Shown one piece after another: positions 37,916-47,407 of a stretch of 64,000 bases of DNA; the first letter of the stretch is position 1; each line of letters starts with the position of its first letter. A program made the translations under genes and the position numbers. The notes under the pieces are model-generated. The model was not told where the DNA came from. It did not search any database and saw nothing but the letters and a program-made list of their open reading frames with translations. The DNA is from a virus (Duplodnaviria > Caudoviricetes): positions 192,001-256,000 of IMG/VR virus record IMGVR_UViG_3300024493_000235; one strand, given 5' to 3'.

Positions 37916-38124
37916 TATTGTTCCTCCGGTTTAAGGCGTGTTTGAAGATCTAAAAGAAGTTCTTCATAATTTTCTCTGTGTATTTGTATGTATTCAGCAT
38001 CCTGTTCCTTTGCGAAAGTGAGCATGCTTTTTAATGTCGTTACTGTCATAGGACTTCCATGCGCTAATATACGCAGCACCGATGTACTCTTATTCTTCAA
38101 TTGTGCAAAAACTTTTACACTCAT
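37915..38124 (-). CDS. small paralog family B member
   Basis: PMTVTTLKSMLTFAKEQ...IQIH.E.Y..LL.DL..RLKP. Confidence 0.6.
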   Translation of the reverse strand: MSVKVFAQLKNKSTSVLRILAHGSPMTVTTLKSMLTFAKEQDAEYIQIHRENYEELLLDLQTRLKPEEQ

Positions 38125-38159
38125 AAATCCCTCCTTTTTATGATTTTATGCAAGGCTAG

Positions 38160-38423
38160 TTATATAGCAGAATCTATCTTTGTAAATGTAGCAATAGCTT
38201 TCTCAACGTTAGCTTTGAGATTATCCACTGCCAAAAGATATTTCTGAATATTAACAAGTAACGATGTGTAGCTTTCACTATGGATGCAAATCCTATCAAC
38301 TTTGTTTTCTTGGGCGTATTGTATCATTTCTACAAGTGTATGCAGTGTGATAGGTTCTTCCCCAACCGTTACGTTTTCGCAACATCCATCAACTAATGCC
38401 TGTACTGCGGTTATATCTGACAT
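38160..38423 (-). CDS. small paralog family B member
   Basis: PITLHTLVEMIQYAQEN...ICIH.ESY..LL; early-like motif at 38443. Confidence 0.6.
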   Translation of the reverse strand: MSDITAVQALVDGCCENVTVGEEPITLHTLVEMIQYAQENKVDRICIHSESYTSLLVNIQKYLLAVDNLKANVEKAIATFTKIDSAI

Positions 38424-38453
38424 GATTATTCCTCCTATGTCTATTATATACAC

Positions 38454-39158
38454 CTAAATCCAAGTTTGATATTCATCTTTTGAAAAGTCGAGAATTTCTT
38501 TTGGATTTATAATATCCGTTGATTTAAATGCCGGACTTAATAGTAACTCCTTGTAGTTGTAAATGCGGTTCATAAGGTACGGAGAGCCTTTTATTTGCTC
38601 TTTATACTTTTCAATGAAAACAATTATATTTCCCCAACACTGTCTCATATCAAGATATAGTTTTCCTGCATGCACAAGAGCGTGATTATTCTTAGACAAC
38701 ATAACAACTTGCACATTGTTAAGAGAATGCTCTGTCATTACTTGATGTGCTATTAAAAAAGAATTTGTAAGCATACCTTGAGATAATTGCCAGTTCAGTA
38801 TTATTTTTATATAATCTGTGATGCTAAAAATTGGACCATGATGCATAACGAGTGTTGCATTATCTTGGGTTATGTTTCCGTTAAAGGCATCGAATTGCAA
38901 TCCTATGACATTTCGAAGATAGTCGATGTATGCTTTATACCATTGACTAGTCCTTATCATTTGTTTGACGCTGTTTATAATCGTGTCAACAATTCGGGTA
39001 TCAAATAACATCTTAGGCTCGATATAGTAATGCAATGAACATAGATCTCTTTTTGAGCTAAGTTTCAGATTACCCGATTTTGTTTTATCAAAGTGAACAC
39101 CTGTTTTGGATATATCAGCATTCTGAATATATCCAGATTTTACGTTTGTTTTTTCCAT
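38454..39158 (-). CDS. HNH-like (beta-beta-alpha-Me) protein
   Basis: LVMHHGP...NNVQVVMLSKNNHALVH pattern. Confidence 0.55.
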   Translation of the reverse strand: MEKTNVKSGYIQNADISKTGVHFDKTKSGNLKLSSKRDLCSLHYYIEPKMLFDTRIVDTIINSVKQMIRTSQWYKAYIDYLRNVIGLQFDAFNGNITQDNATLVMHHGPIFSITDYIKIILNWQLSQGMLTNSFLIAHQVMTEHSLNNVQVVMLSKNNHALVHAGKLYLDMRQCWGNIIVFIEKYKEQIKGSPYLMNRIYNYKELLLSPAFKSTDIINPKEILDFSKDEYQTWI

Positions 39159-39204
39159 ATTATCTAAATTGTTACTTAAAAATTGTGGGTATAAATGCTA
39201 TTAA

Positions 39205-39216
39205 AACATTTTTGTA
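39205..39216 (+). promoter_or_regulatory. late-type promoter AACA-N6-TA
   Basis: AACA-TTTTTG-TA. Confidence 0.7.
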
Positions 39217-39230
39217 ATCTTTAAGTCTAT

Positions 39231-42152
39231 TTGGAGGGAATTATTTTGCCTGCAAAATTTTCGTATTACGAAAAACAATTTATGTTTAAATATTTGAATT
39301 TCCTGGATAGTCTTATCATAAAGTCAAATTATGATGCATCCCTTACCGAAACGGCAGAGTCTGCTAGGGAAGGAGAGTTATACACGTTGGCCAGGAATAA
39401 AAAAGACACTATTTTTAACTATATCATAACAGAGGACGCCCTTAAAGCTGTAGGTATATCTCAAAGACTTATTGGAATATTCAAGATAAATAAATCTGAA
39501 TTTTATAGGTCAGCAACTCCCGCTGATATAGATAATCTTCTTGAATATTACAGAAGACGAACTGTTGATAATTATATAGAAAGGAACCCGTACTATCTTA
39601 CATTAAATGGAACTCCTAAAAGTGAATCTGGGCATATCCTTGTAAACGGAGACTTTCACGAAGATGGTATTGTATATCCTGATGAAAGTGAATATATTCC
39701 TCTTCATAAGGTATCTCAAACTGTACATCCGAAGACATATGCGTTTTTAGCAAGGAATAATTTTGAGAAACTTCGATCTCTTATTTCAAAGCTTAAAAAA
39801 GACGGGTATAAAACCGTAGTAAATAATCTTCGCACAGGAAAAGAGGAAGAAGTCGTTATTGATGTAAATACACCGGATTTTGAATATCTTGATTATCTTG
39901 ATAAAAAGATTCCGTATCATATAGCAAGGTCGGCTGCGAACTTTTCTATTTTACATTGCGATGAATCAATTCTCTCTTCAGGTGATACACATACCTTTTT
40001 TGAATGCTATCACATATCAAGACAATATGTCTTAGAAGTTCCATATATTCAAGAGTATGCAAAAACAGAAGAACTCTATGATAGGTTTATGGGTGTATGT
40101 ATGCTATTTTTGGCTACGCTTAAATTCTTTTCCGAACAGATTATGAATTATATGCGTAACCAGTTTCCAACAAAACAAGAAAAAAGACTTTTCCTACAGC
40201 AGTATAAACTTGAAAAAATGGTCGACATTATCGATGATGAAATGATCTTAAATGAGTTTATAAGCCATATCGACGAGTTTATTGCTGTTAAAGGATCTGA
40301 TGCCATTATCTCAAAGATACTCGGTTTATTCGATGCAAAAGATCTCGACGTATATAAATATCTTCTTGTAAAGACCATAAAATATGATTCTATTACTAAA
40401 GATATACTAAACGACCCTTCAAAGAAAAGGGAAGATAACTATAATATATCTTTAGTGAAAGTTCCTATAAACGTTGTAGAAGAAGCCAGAAGCGTTGCAA
40501 AGTATGTATCTGATAGATTTCAACATGTATCACTTTACGAAGTTGCATCTCAGGATCCTTTATTCGGAGACTTTGGACAAAGCTCGGTCGGAAAGAGTGG
40601 TTCAAAAGATCCAAAAGGTGACTTCATACAGCATGTAGAAAAAATGCTTAAAAACAACGAACAGTTCTCGATGTTTTATACAAAGTATCTAGGTATCGTA
40701 ACGCATGTAGATACTGTAAAGAATCTCATACAGTCTGCGTATCTTTTTACATCAAGTATTGCATCTGATAAACATACAATGGATATGGAAATACACGATT
40801 CGCATATTCCGCTTCAATCTGTGACGATACGCGATTTATTCGCTGGTATCAATTACGTTACATGCCTTCGTCATACTATGTCAGACGAAATCGTTCAGGA
40901 CGTTTCGAAAATAGCATCTTTTATAGGATTTAACACAAGCCCAAATTTGGACGAACTTCGTGCAATGGATCAATATGTCACTAAGGTTGATGAAAACGGT
41001 GAAGATATTGTCAACGTAAAACTTCCTGATATCTTAGTGCCAAGACCGGATCCAAAAAACCCGAGTATTTTAAAAGATGATATATTTATCATAAAGAAAG
41101 CAGAAGATATGTCGCTAGTTCCTATTAGCGAGTTTGATTCCGGAAAATATATCAATTCTGCTATAGCAAGTTATTATTATAATCTTGAAAGCCATGACGC
41201 TCTTATCGAAGATATGATTGCTGAAACAGACTATAACAGATATCTCGGATTAAAACGAGTATTTGATTACAATATGTACTGTAAAGCGATTCTTGATACA
41301 TACGATGGGAAGCCGACATACACTGCATACCTTAATTCGAGGGAAAACGGTATAAAAGATTTCATCAATGAATACTTAAATCAATACACTCAAGGGCCAT
41401 GGTACGATGAAGAAACCGGTGCCACATCTGATGCCTTTAGAAATGCAACCACCTCCCTTATAACACTTTTTTTAACGGCGATGTTAAAACGTCTTGATGT
41501 ACAAGATAATACAGTTGATGCTGCTATGACAACCTATGTAGATCAAGTTATGAAATTTACTAAAATCATGAATATCATAGAATTGTTTAGGCACTATACT
41601 GTAAACTTCTCCACATCCGACACGATAAATATTTTCAATGCCCCGAGGGAATGTCTTATACGTCTATTTGATGCTATAAAGAATGAAAGCGGAACTATGT
41701 CGGGAGAATCCGTTGCCAACGTTGTTTTTGATTCGTATAAAGTTGAAGGTTTTCAGACCTTTTCAAACGATATAGAAGTCAAAGACAGATGGGGAGATCA
41801 TAGAGAAGAAACGTATGTCACAGAAGTAAAGGTCGAAACTGTATGGGACCAATCTGAAATAATGTATGCAGGAGAATTGTATGATTTCCCTGCAGTATTT
41901 GATAAAGTTTTACAACTTCTTGGAACCCATGTCGATGAAACCGATATTAAAGTACGTGACAGAATCAATATAATCCCTATTGAGACTGTAAAGCTCCCTT
42001 TAATCGTCACATCAAAATTCAAAATCTACCCTCTTGAGACAGTTGGGGATGCAATAAACATATTTGACAGATATGCTTTGTGCGGATCTATCGATAAAGT
42101 GCAAAGTGATATCTGTATAAAGCACAAATTGACGTGTCTGCAGGGTGATTAA
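39231..42152 (+). CDS. large virion/baseplate wedge protein
   Basis: 973 aa; YIERNPYY..LNG, I..FIA.KGSD..I..IL..F; late promoter. Confidence 0.6.
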   Translation: MEGIILPAKFSYYEKQFMFKYLNFLDSLIIKSNYDASLTETAESAREGELYTLARNKKDTIFNYIITEDALKAVGISQRLIGIFKINKSEFYRSATPADIDNLLEYYRRRTVDNYIERNPYYLTLNGTPKSESGHILVNGDFHEDGIVYPDESEYIPLHKVSQTVHPKTYAFLARNNFEKLRSLISKLKKDGYKTVVNNLRTGKEEEVVIDVNTPDFEYLDYLDKKIPYHIARSAANFSILHCDESILSSGDTHTFFECYHISRQYVLEVPYIQEYAKTEELYDRFMGVCMLFLATLKFFSEQIMNYMRNQFPTKQEKRLFLQQYKLEKMVDIIDDEMILNEFISHIDEFIAVKGSDAIISKILGLFDAKDLDVYKYLLVKTIKYDSITKDILNDPSKKREDNYNISLVKVPINVVEEARSVAKYVSDRFQHVSLYEVASQDPLFGDFGQSSVGKSGSKDPKGDFIQHVEKMLKNNEQFSMFYTKYLGIVTHVDTVKNLIQSAYLFTSSIASDKHTMDMEIHDSHIPLQSVTIRDLFAGINYVTCLRHTMSDEIVQDVSKIASFIGFNTSPNLDELRAMDQYVTKVDENGEDIVNVKLPDILVPRPDPKNPSILKDDIFIIKKAEDMSLVPISEFDSGKYINSAIASYYYNLESHDALIEDMIAETDYNRYLGLKRVFDYNMYCKAILDTYDGKPTYTAYLNSRENGIKDFINEYLNQYTQGPWYDEETGATSDAFRNATTSLITLFLTAMLKRLDVQDNTVDAAMTTYVDQVMKFTKIMNIIELFRHYTVNFSTSDTINIFNAPRECLIRLFDAIKNESGTMSGESVANVVFDSYKVEGFQTFSNDIEVKDRWGDHREETYVTEVKVETVWDQSEIMYAGELYDFPAVFDKVLQLLGTHVDETDIKVRDRINIIPIETVKLPLIVTSKFKIYPLETVGDAINIFDRYALCGSIDKVQSDICIKHKLTCLQGD

Positions 42153-42196
42153 ACATTCTAATAAAAGCGGAGATTTATAAGTTAAACAATAGGAGG

Positions 42197-43111
42197 ATGA
42201 TAATCGTGAAAGAACTTATGTATACAAGACTTAACTCTGGCACCCCTGTTTTATCACATCGATTGTACGATGATAAAGGACAATTGGTAGCCAGAAGCGA
42301 TAATTTCTGTGGACAAATTCGAGGGAAAGTGCGTATTATAGGAAGCGACGGTTCCGTTATTAATCAAACAAACATGACTATATATCCAGGACGCAGATTT
42401 GTTCTTGAAGCCATTCTTAAAGTGAATGCGGATGAAAAGCACATCCGTACATTGAATGAAGCTCTTGGAATAAACCATATTGCAAAGCCTTCTGATGACA
42501 TAAAAGCCAGAAGAAAAGTTTGCTTAGTTGGCATAGGCGATGGAGCTGCAAAAGCTACCGAATTCGGAAATGTGTACGGTGTACGTGCAAACGATAACAA
42601 CCTTGTCAATATTATTCCGCTTAGGACGATTCCTGACGGGACTTTCTTAACCGGCTCTGATGAAAGCAAATATTACATGAGGGCTACAGGAGAAACCATT
42701 GGCGGGAATAAATACACAAACTATTACCTCAAAGAAGTTTTTGCAAACGAAATTGTTGTAAAACTCAAAGACACAGATCACAGACCGCAGGAAACCGATA
42801 ATGCGCCTGAGAAAGATCCAAGTGATGATCTTGTACTATACAATGTGCAGGTAAACGCGATTTTTGATATCCAGATTACTCAAGACGATGTCAAAGGGTA
42901 TTTCCAAGCAAAAGAAGGGAATATCAATAAGGCAAAGTTCAATGAGATGTCATTATTTTTTGGAACGAAAGTTGAACTCGCTCCGAACGCTCAAGGAGAA
43001 GTGCGGCAAGATTATGTCGCTGTAGAAGCATTTTCAAGATTGTCCTTTAACCATCGTGCGATGGATTCCGCCGGTTCTTCGTACAGGTTCTTGTATTATC
43101 TTATTTCGTAA
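42197..43111 (+). CDS. baseplate/tail-fibre attachment structural protein
   Basis: N.+...GR, +GIGDG, FNEMSLF.G, FSRL.F; own AACA-TTCTAA-TA promoter at 42152-42163. Confidence 0.6.
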   Translation: MIIVKELMYTRLNSGTPVLSHRLYDDKGQLVARSDNFCGQIRGKVRIIGSDGSVINQTNMTIYPGRRFVLEAILKVNADEKHIRTLNEALGINHIAKPSDDIKARRKVCLVGIGDGAAKATEFGNVYGVRANDNNLVNIIPLRTIPDGTFLTGSDESKYYMRATGETIGGNKYTNYYLKEVFANEIVVKLKDTDHRPQETDNAPEKDPSDDLVLYNVQVNAIFDIQITQDDVKGYFQAKEGNINKAKFNEMSLFFGTKVELAPNAQGEVRQDYVAVEAFSRLSFNHRAMDSAGSSYRFLYYLIS

Positions 43112-43202
43112 GATTATCGTAGTGGCAGAAATGCCACTACGATATATTGTTATTAAATAATCATATGAGTATATATCATATAGATAGTATAGGAGGTTTA
43201 TT

Positions 43203-43601
43203 ATGGAAAACATTTTGCAATCAGAAAACCCTCATGAAATGAATGATTGGTTTTTTGAAAGCATCATTGAATATCTTAAAAATCACAACGGATTAGAGAC
43301 GTTTGTGAAAGTTTTAGATAAACAATTGGGAAGAACAATGCCCGGATATCACGTGGTGTTTAACTTTGTTAACGAGACCGAAGAAAAGGAAATATTCGAC
43401 GCATTTGATATCAGTAGCAACGATGTTCTTAATTTTTGCACCGAAAGGAATTTCCTTAATAAACCTGGAGAGTCTTATACTTTCTTTGGCCAGGTAGAAT
43501 ACTATATCAACTGGCTTTTGGAAAGTATGAAGATTCCTGTTAAGGAAGGAACAGTGCGAGTGTTAAATGTTTTTGATCAGAGACAATACGTGCCATTTTA
43601 A
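43203..43601 (+). CDS. hypothetical early protein (paralog of 43886-44194)
   Basis: IS.NDVLN....N....PG..Y...YI.WL. Confidence 0.55.
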   Translation: MENILQSENPHEMNDWFFESIIEYLKNHNGLETFVKVLDKQLGRTMPGYHVVFNFVNETEEKEIFDAFDISSNDVLNFCTERNFLNKPGESYTFFGQVEYYINWLLESMKIPVKEGTVRVLNVFDQRQYVPF

Positions 43602-43612
43602 AGGGGAGGAAA

Positions 43613-43876
43613 ATGATACGTTACCCAATTACACAAACGTGTACGCAAAACTGCTTTATATGCTGCGTCCTTGTTATCTTGCAATATTCATCATATGAAA
43701 GAGAGCCGCAGTATGTATCAAATTCGAGAGGAACCGCCGTACCTGAGCCAAAGGATATGATGGTTGGAGAGCAAACACCTAATGACGCAATCGACAGTTC
43801 TTTTACAAGAAGTTCTGGATGTTCTAAAGGGGAAATAAAAGATCCTACATGGATTAAGGCTGGCGATGAATTTTAG
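43613..43876 (+). CDS. small hypothetical protein
   Basis: GGAGG SD. Confidence 0.4.
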   Translation: MIRYPITQTCTQNCFICCVLVILQYSSYEREPQYVSNSRGTAVPEPKDMMVGEQTPNDAIDSSFTRSSGCSKGEIKDPTWIKAGDEF

Positions 43877-43885
43877 GAGGAAGAT

Positions 43886-44194
43886 ATGCACTATAAGTAT
43901 ACCGGAGTTTATTACGCTGTATCGTATGTGCAAAAAGATGGGGATACTGGTGAAATAACCGTCCATAACATGGAAGTGAGCGAAACGGATGTACTTAATA
44001 ATTATTGGGAATCGAATGCTTTTAAGCTTCCTGGCTCATATTACGAAACTGAGCGTAACAATGAAGTTCATAATACTGCATTTATTGTAAAACTGAAATG
44101 CTATTTATACTGGATAACACGTGTATTGCTAACCAGGAAAGATGGCGACTTTATTGAAGTGCTCCCACATCCTGACAGAATTGAAAGAAAGTAA
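43886..44194 (+). CDS. hypothetical protein (paralog of 43203-43601)
   Basis: VS.TDVLN....N....PG.YY...YLYWI. Confidence 0.55.
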   Translation: MHYKYTGVYYAVSYVQKDGDTGEITVHNMEVSETDVLNNYWESNAFKLPGSYYETERNNEVHNTAFIVKLKCYLYWITRVLLTRKDGDFIEVLPHPDRIERK

Positions 44195-44290
44195 GATATA
44201 ATAAAGAGAGGCTAAAAAGCCTCTCTTTATTTTTTTTTGCCTTTTTAGCATATAAAAACATTGTAATAATACAAGGAGATTCTAATTCCT

Positions 44291-45493
44291 ATGAGCAGAC
44301 TATTAACAAGAGAAGAAATAGACGAACACATGAAACTCAAAGATGACGATATAACAAAAGAACTCTTTATACGATGGTATGGAATAACCGAAGAGAAATT
44401 AAAACCGAAATACTCTACAAACGACTGGTTTATACTTAAAAAAAGTATGAGCAAATGGTATACAGAAAATACAAGTATTACAACAACTTCTGGAAGATTC
44501 CTTTTTAATATATTTTTGAATTATAGCATATTTGGAAATACTTTTGCATATTTCAATGATGAAGATGCGAGTAAGTTTCATAAACAGGTTTCATATGCTT
44601 TCATTCAGGGTGTTGTTACACGTGAACAACACAGCATGTATCAAACAAAGAAAGCATGGCTTGAATATACTCCAACCGAAATTCTTGTTCCTGGTATGTC
44701 CTTTAATATGATGAGAGTACAACCACAAGTTGCAAAACGAAGGGCGGAATTGTTTAAGATATACGAAGAAGAACTTAATAAAGGTGGAACTGATGCCGTA
44801 AATGCAGCAGTTAAAATTGAAGCCGAACTGTTAGCTCTTGCAAAAGAGATTACAAAAGACGATCCCGCATCAAGATTGTTCAGGTTGAAGAAACCCTCAT
44901 TTGGCAATAACTATAAAAACATGTCTGTTATGATAGGCTCTCAAAGAGATAATACAAATCCTTCTGTATACCATGTATCAAAATCAAATTATACAGACGG
45001 TATTGATAAAAATGAATTCTCAAGTCATGCCGACCAACTTATATACGGGACATATCAAAGGTCTGTTAATACCCAAGAAGGTGGAGCTCAGACAAAAGAA
45101 ATAACTGCAGCATTTGAAAATGAGCAAGTGAATATCGATCCGAATTCCGATTGTAAGACACCGTTTTATATCACTGTGGATTTAACAGATGATAATATCG
45201 ATCTTTATCTTTTCAGGTTTATTATAGGTCCTAAAGGTTTAATCGAAATACTTCCTGATAACAAAAAAGATTTTGTCGGAAAGAGATGGAAAATGAGAAG
45301 TCCGCTATATTGCAATGATCCTGATTATTGTGATAAATGTACTGGCTCTCTTTATAGACGCCTTAATATAAAAGACGCGGGAATCACTCTTTCGGGATTA
45401 GGGTCTGTTATTGTCGGTCTTTCCATGAAAGCCTTTCATGATTTATCCGTTAAAACGCAAGATATGAATTGGGAAGATTTTTTCTCCGATTAA
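44291..45493 (+). CDS. multisubunit RNA polymerase beta' subunit, C-terminal fragment (probably virion RNAP)
   Basis: TTSGRFLFN, SNY.DG, R.V.T..GG..TK bridge helix, DCKT...RSPLYC...CDKC.G Zn site, LSMKAFH trigger loop; no NADFDGD; late promoter at 44257-44268. Confidence 0.88.
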   Translation: MSRLLTREEIDEHMKLKDDDITKELFIRWYGITEEKLKPKYSTNDWFILKKSMSKWYTENTSITTTSGRFLFNIFLNYSIFGNTFAYFNDEDASKFHKQVSYAFIQGVVTREQHSMYQTKKAWLEYTPTEILVPGMSFNMMRVQPQVAKRRAELFKIYEEELNKGGTDAVNAAVKIEAELLALAKEITKDDPASRLFRLKKPSFGNNYKNMSVMIGSQRDNTNPSVYHVSKSNYTDGIDKNEFSSHADQLIYGTYQRSVNTQEGGAQTKEITAAFENEQVNIDPNSDCKTPFYITVDLTDDNIDLYLFRFIIGPKGLIEILPDNKKDFVGKRWKMRSPLYCNDPDYCDKCTGSLYRRLNIKDAGITLSGLGSVIVGLSMKAFHDLSVKTQDMNWEDFFSD

Positions 45494-45559
45494 TAAGCAG
45501 GTGGGCAAATGCCCACCTGCTTTTATTTATTTTTGAGCTTCCAACAATAAAAGTAAAGG

Positions 45560-46771
45560 ATGGACTTTATGGCACTTATAGAATTTGGAAAAGATCAAAA
45601 AAACGCCATAAAGATGGCAGTTGATTGGATTAATACCCCTTCTAATAAAAGGCGTCCCATATTTGTTGTATCAGGATATGCAGGTACAGGCAAATCTACG
45701 GTTATAAGCCAGATACTTTTAGAAATGAAGATACCTAAATACAGAGTTGCATTTTGTTGCTATACTGGAAAAGCCGCTGTCGCACTTCGTAAATTAGGAC
45801 TTAATGCGTTTACAATTCATAAACTTATTTATAATATTCAAGTGACTCCAAACGGAGTTCCTTTATTTCGCAGAAAGAAAAAAATATCAAGCTCGATTGA
45901 ACTACTTGTTATAGACGAATTGTCCATGGTTCCAGAACAAATAATGACTGATATATTGTCATTCGGTGTTCCTGTTTTGTGCATGGGTGATTCAGGACAA
46001 CTTCCTCCTATATATGGAGAAAACTCGTATATACAAAAACCTGATTGTATGTTAAAAGAAGTCTTTAGACAAAAAGATACTTCCGGTATAATACTTCTTG
46101 CGACAGATATTCGTAATGGAGAATTCAATCCCAGAAAAGATTATGGAGAAGATGTTGAATTTATTCCCGAAAGCGCTTTTAAGTCGAAGATAATAACTCA
46201 ATATGATCAAGTTATTTGTGCTACTAACAAAATACGATATCTTTTAAACTCAACTGCAAGAAAAATATACGGTAGAAAATCGGCATTTCCTGAAGTTGGA
46301 GATAAATTAATCTGCACAGCTAATAACTTCAAAGAAATTGTTGGTTATTACGAAGATATTGAAGTTTTTTTGGTAAACGGTTTAATTGGAGAATGTACAG
46401 AAGAAGCAAGTAACATAACGGACGACATTGTACGCTTAAGATTAAATATTCAAGGGATGGGAAGCTGTGAACCCCTCATTTATTGTAAGGCTAAATCACT
46501 TTTGAGTATATATGATACTATAGGAATTAAAGAAGTCGCTGCCAAGGATGAAGATGTAATCGAGTTCTATGAAACTTATGAAGGCAGATCTGTTCATTCC
46601 ATTGAATATGCGTATGCTATTACTTGTCATAAAAGCCAAGGAAGTCAAGCCGTTTCTGTGTTAGTCTATGACGATTGTTTTTATAATCGTAATAGCGATA
46701 ACTTTTTTAAATGGATGTATACAGCGGTTACAAGGGCACAAAGATGCGTTCATATTGTCACAAAATTTTAG
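45560..46771 (+). CDS. dda: Dda/RecD-like SF1B DNA helicase
   Basis: GYAGTGKST, TGKAA, TIHKL, DELSMV, GD..QLPP, FRQ, YAITCHKSQGS, YTAVTRA. Confidence 0.92.
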   Translation: MDFMALIEFGKDQKNAIKMAVDWINTPSNKRRPIFVVSGYAGTGKSTVISQILLEMKIPKYRVAFCCYTGKAAVALRKLGLNAFTIHKLIYNIQVTPNGVPLFRRKKKISSSIELLVIDELSMVPEQIMTDILSFGVPVLCMGDSGQLPPIYGENSYIQKPDCMLKEVFRQKDTSGIILLATDIRNGEFNPRKDYGEDVEFIPESAFKSKIITQYDQVICATNKIRYLLNSTARKIYGRKSAFPEVGDKLICTANNFKEIVGYYEDIEVFLVNGLIGECTEEASNITDDIVRLRLNIQGMGSCEPLIYCKAKSLLSIYDTIGIKEVAAKDEDVIEFYETYEGRSVHSIEYAYAITCHKSQGSQAVSVLVYDDCFYNRNSDNFFKWMYTAVTRAQRCVHIVTKF

Positions 46772-46783
46772 GAGGATTTATTC

Positions 46784-47074
46784 ATGGATGCGATGGATAT
46801 TTTAAAAGAAGGCGGAAGAATAGACTATAAGTTTACTATCTGTGTAAAGCATACAAGTGAAAACGTGCCAATAGAAGTTTCTGTTAGCAGTATGTCTATA
46901 CTTGCTATGTGCAGAATGATAGAAAGAGCCAAGAAAGACGGACTTAGTCAAGTCGTTATTCCTGAAAGTCAATTTAATGAATTTCTCTGTGATGTTGATT
47001 TATGGAAAAACCTCATTTTCGAATACGGTTCGATAGCAATGAAGTCCATCAAGAAAGAAGGAGATGACACATGA
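46784..47074 (+). CDS. small paralog family B member
   Basis: MSILAMCRMIERAKKDGLSQVVIPESQFNEFL.D+. Confidence 0.5.
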   Translation: MDAMDILKEGGRIDYKFTICVKHTSENVPIEVSVSSMSILAMCRMIERAKKDGLSQVVIPESQFNEFLCDVDLWKNLIFEYGSIAMKSIKKEGDDT

Positions 47075-47406
47075 TAATGAATTATCTGCGTATACGGGAT
47101 ATACGAAAAGCAAGGAACTTCTTTAATGCACTAAAGAATGCATTAACACGTTTTGCACATGGATTGTATTCGATTATCGGAATATTAGTTCCTATTCTTA
47201 TAATCGCCGTAACAATCGGATTTTTTATAATCCTTCCGGCATATGACAGAATCATTGTAAAGAAGATGAGTGTCGGAGAATTAATTAATGACAATCCGAT
47301 GAAAGGATATATCATCATAAGTATTGCTGTCACGGTTGTTTCTGTCATAATTGCCATCATTTGCATTATCGTAAAAATGTATAAGAAAAAAGAGGAAAGG
47401 AAATAA
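47071..47406 (+). CDS. two-TM membrane protein
   Basis: two hydrophobic helices and a basic C-terminus. Confidence 0.6.
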   Translation: MIMNYLRIRDIRKARNFFNALKNALTRFAHGLYSIIGILVPILIIAVTIGFFIILPAYDRIIVKKMSVGELINDNPMKGYIIISIAVTVVSVIIAIICIIVKMYKKKEERK

Positions 47407-47407
47407 C

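Noticed and set aside
45543-45555. Late promoter upstream of the helicase (and a similar one near 39161-39173)
   Set aside because: Spacing is AACA-N7-TA rather than N6, so not counted
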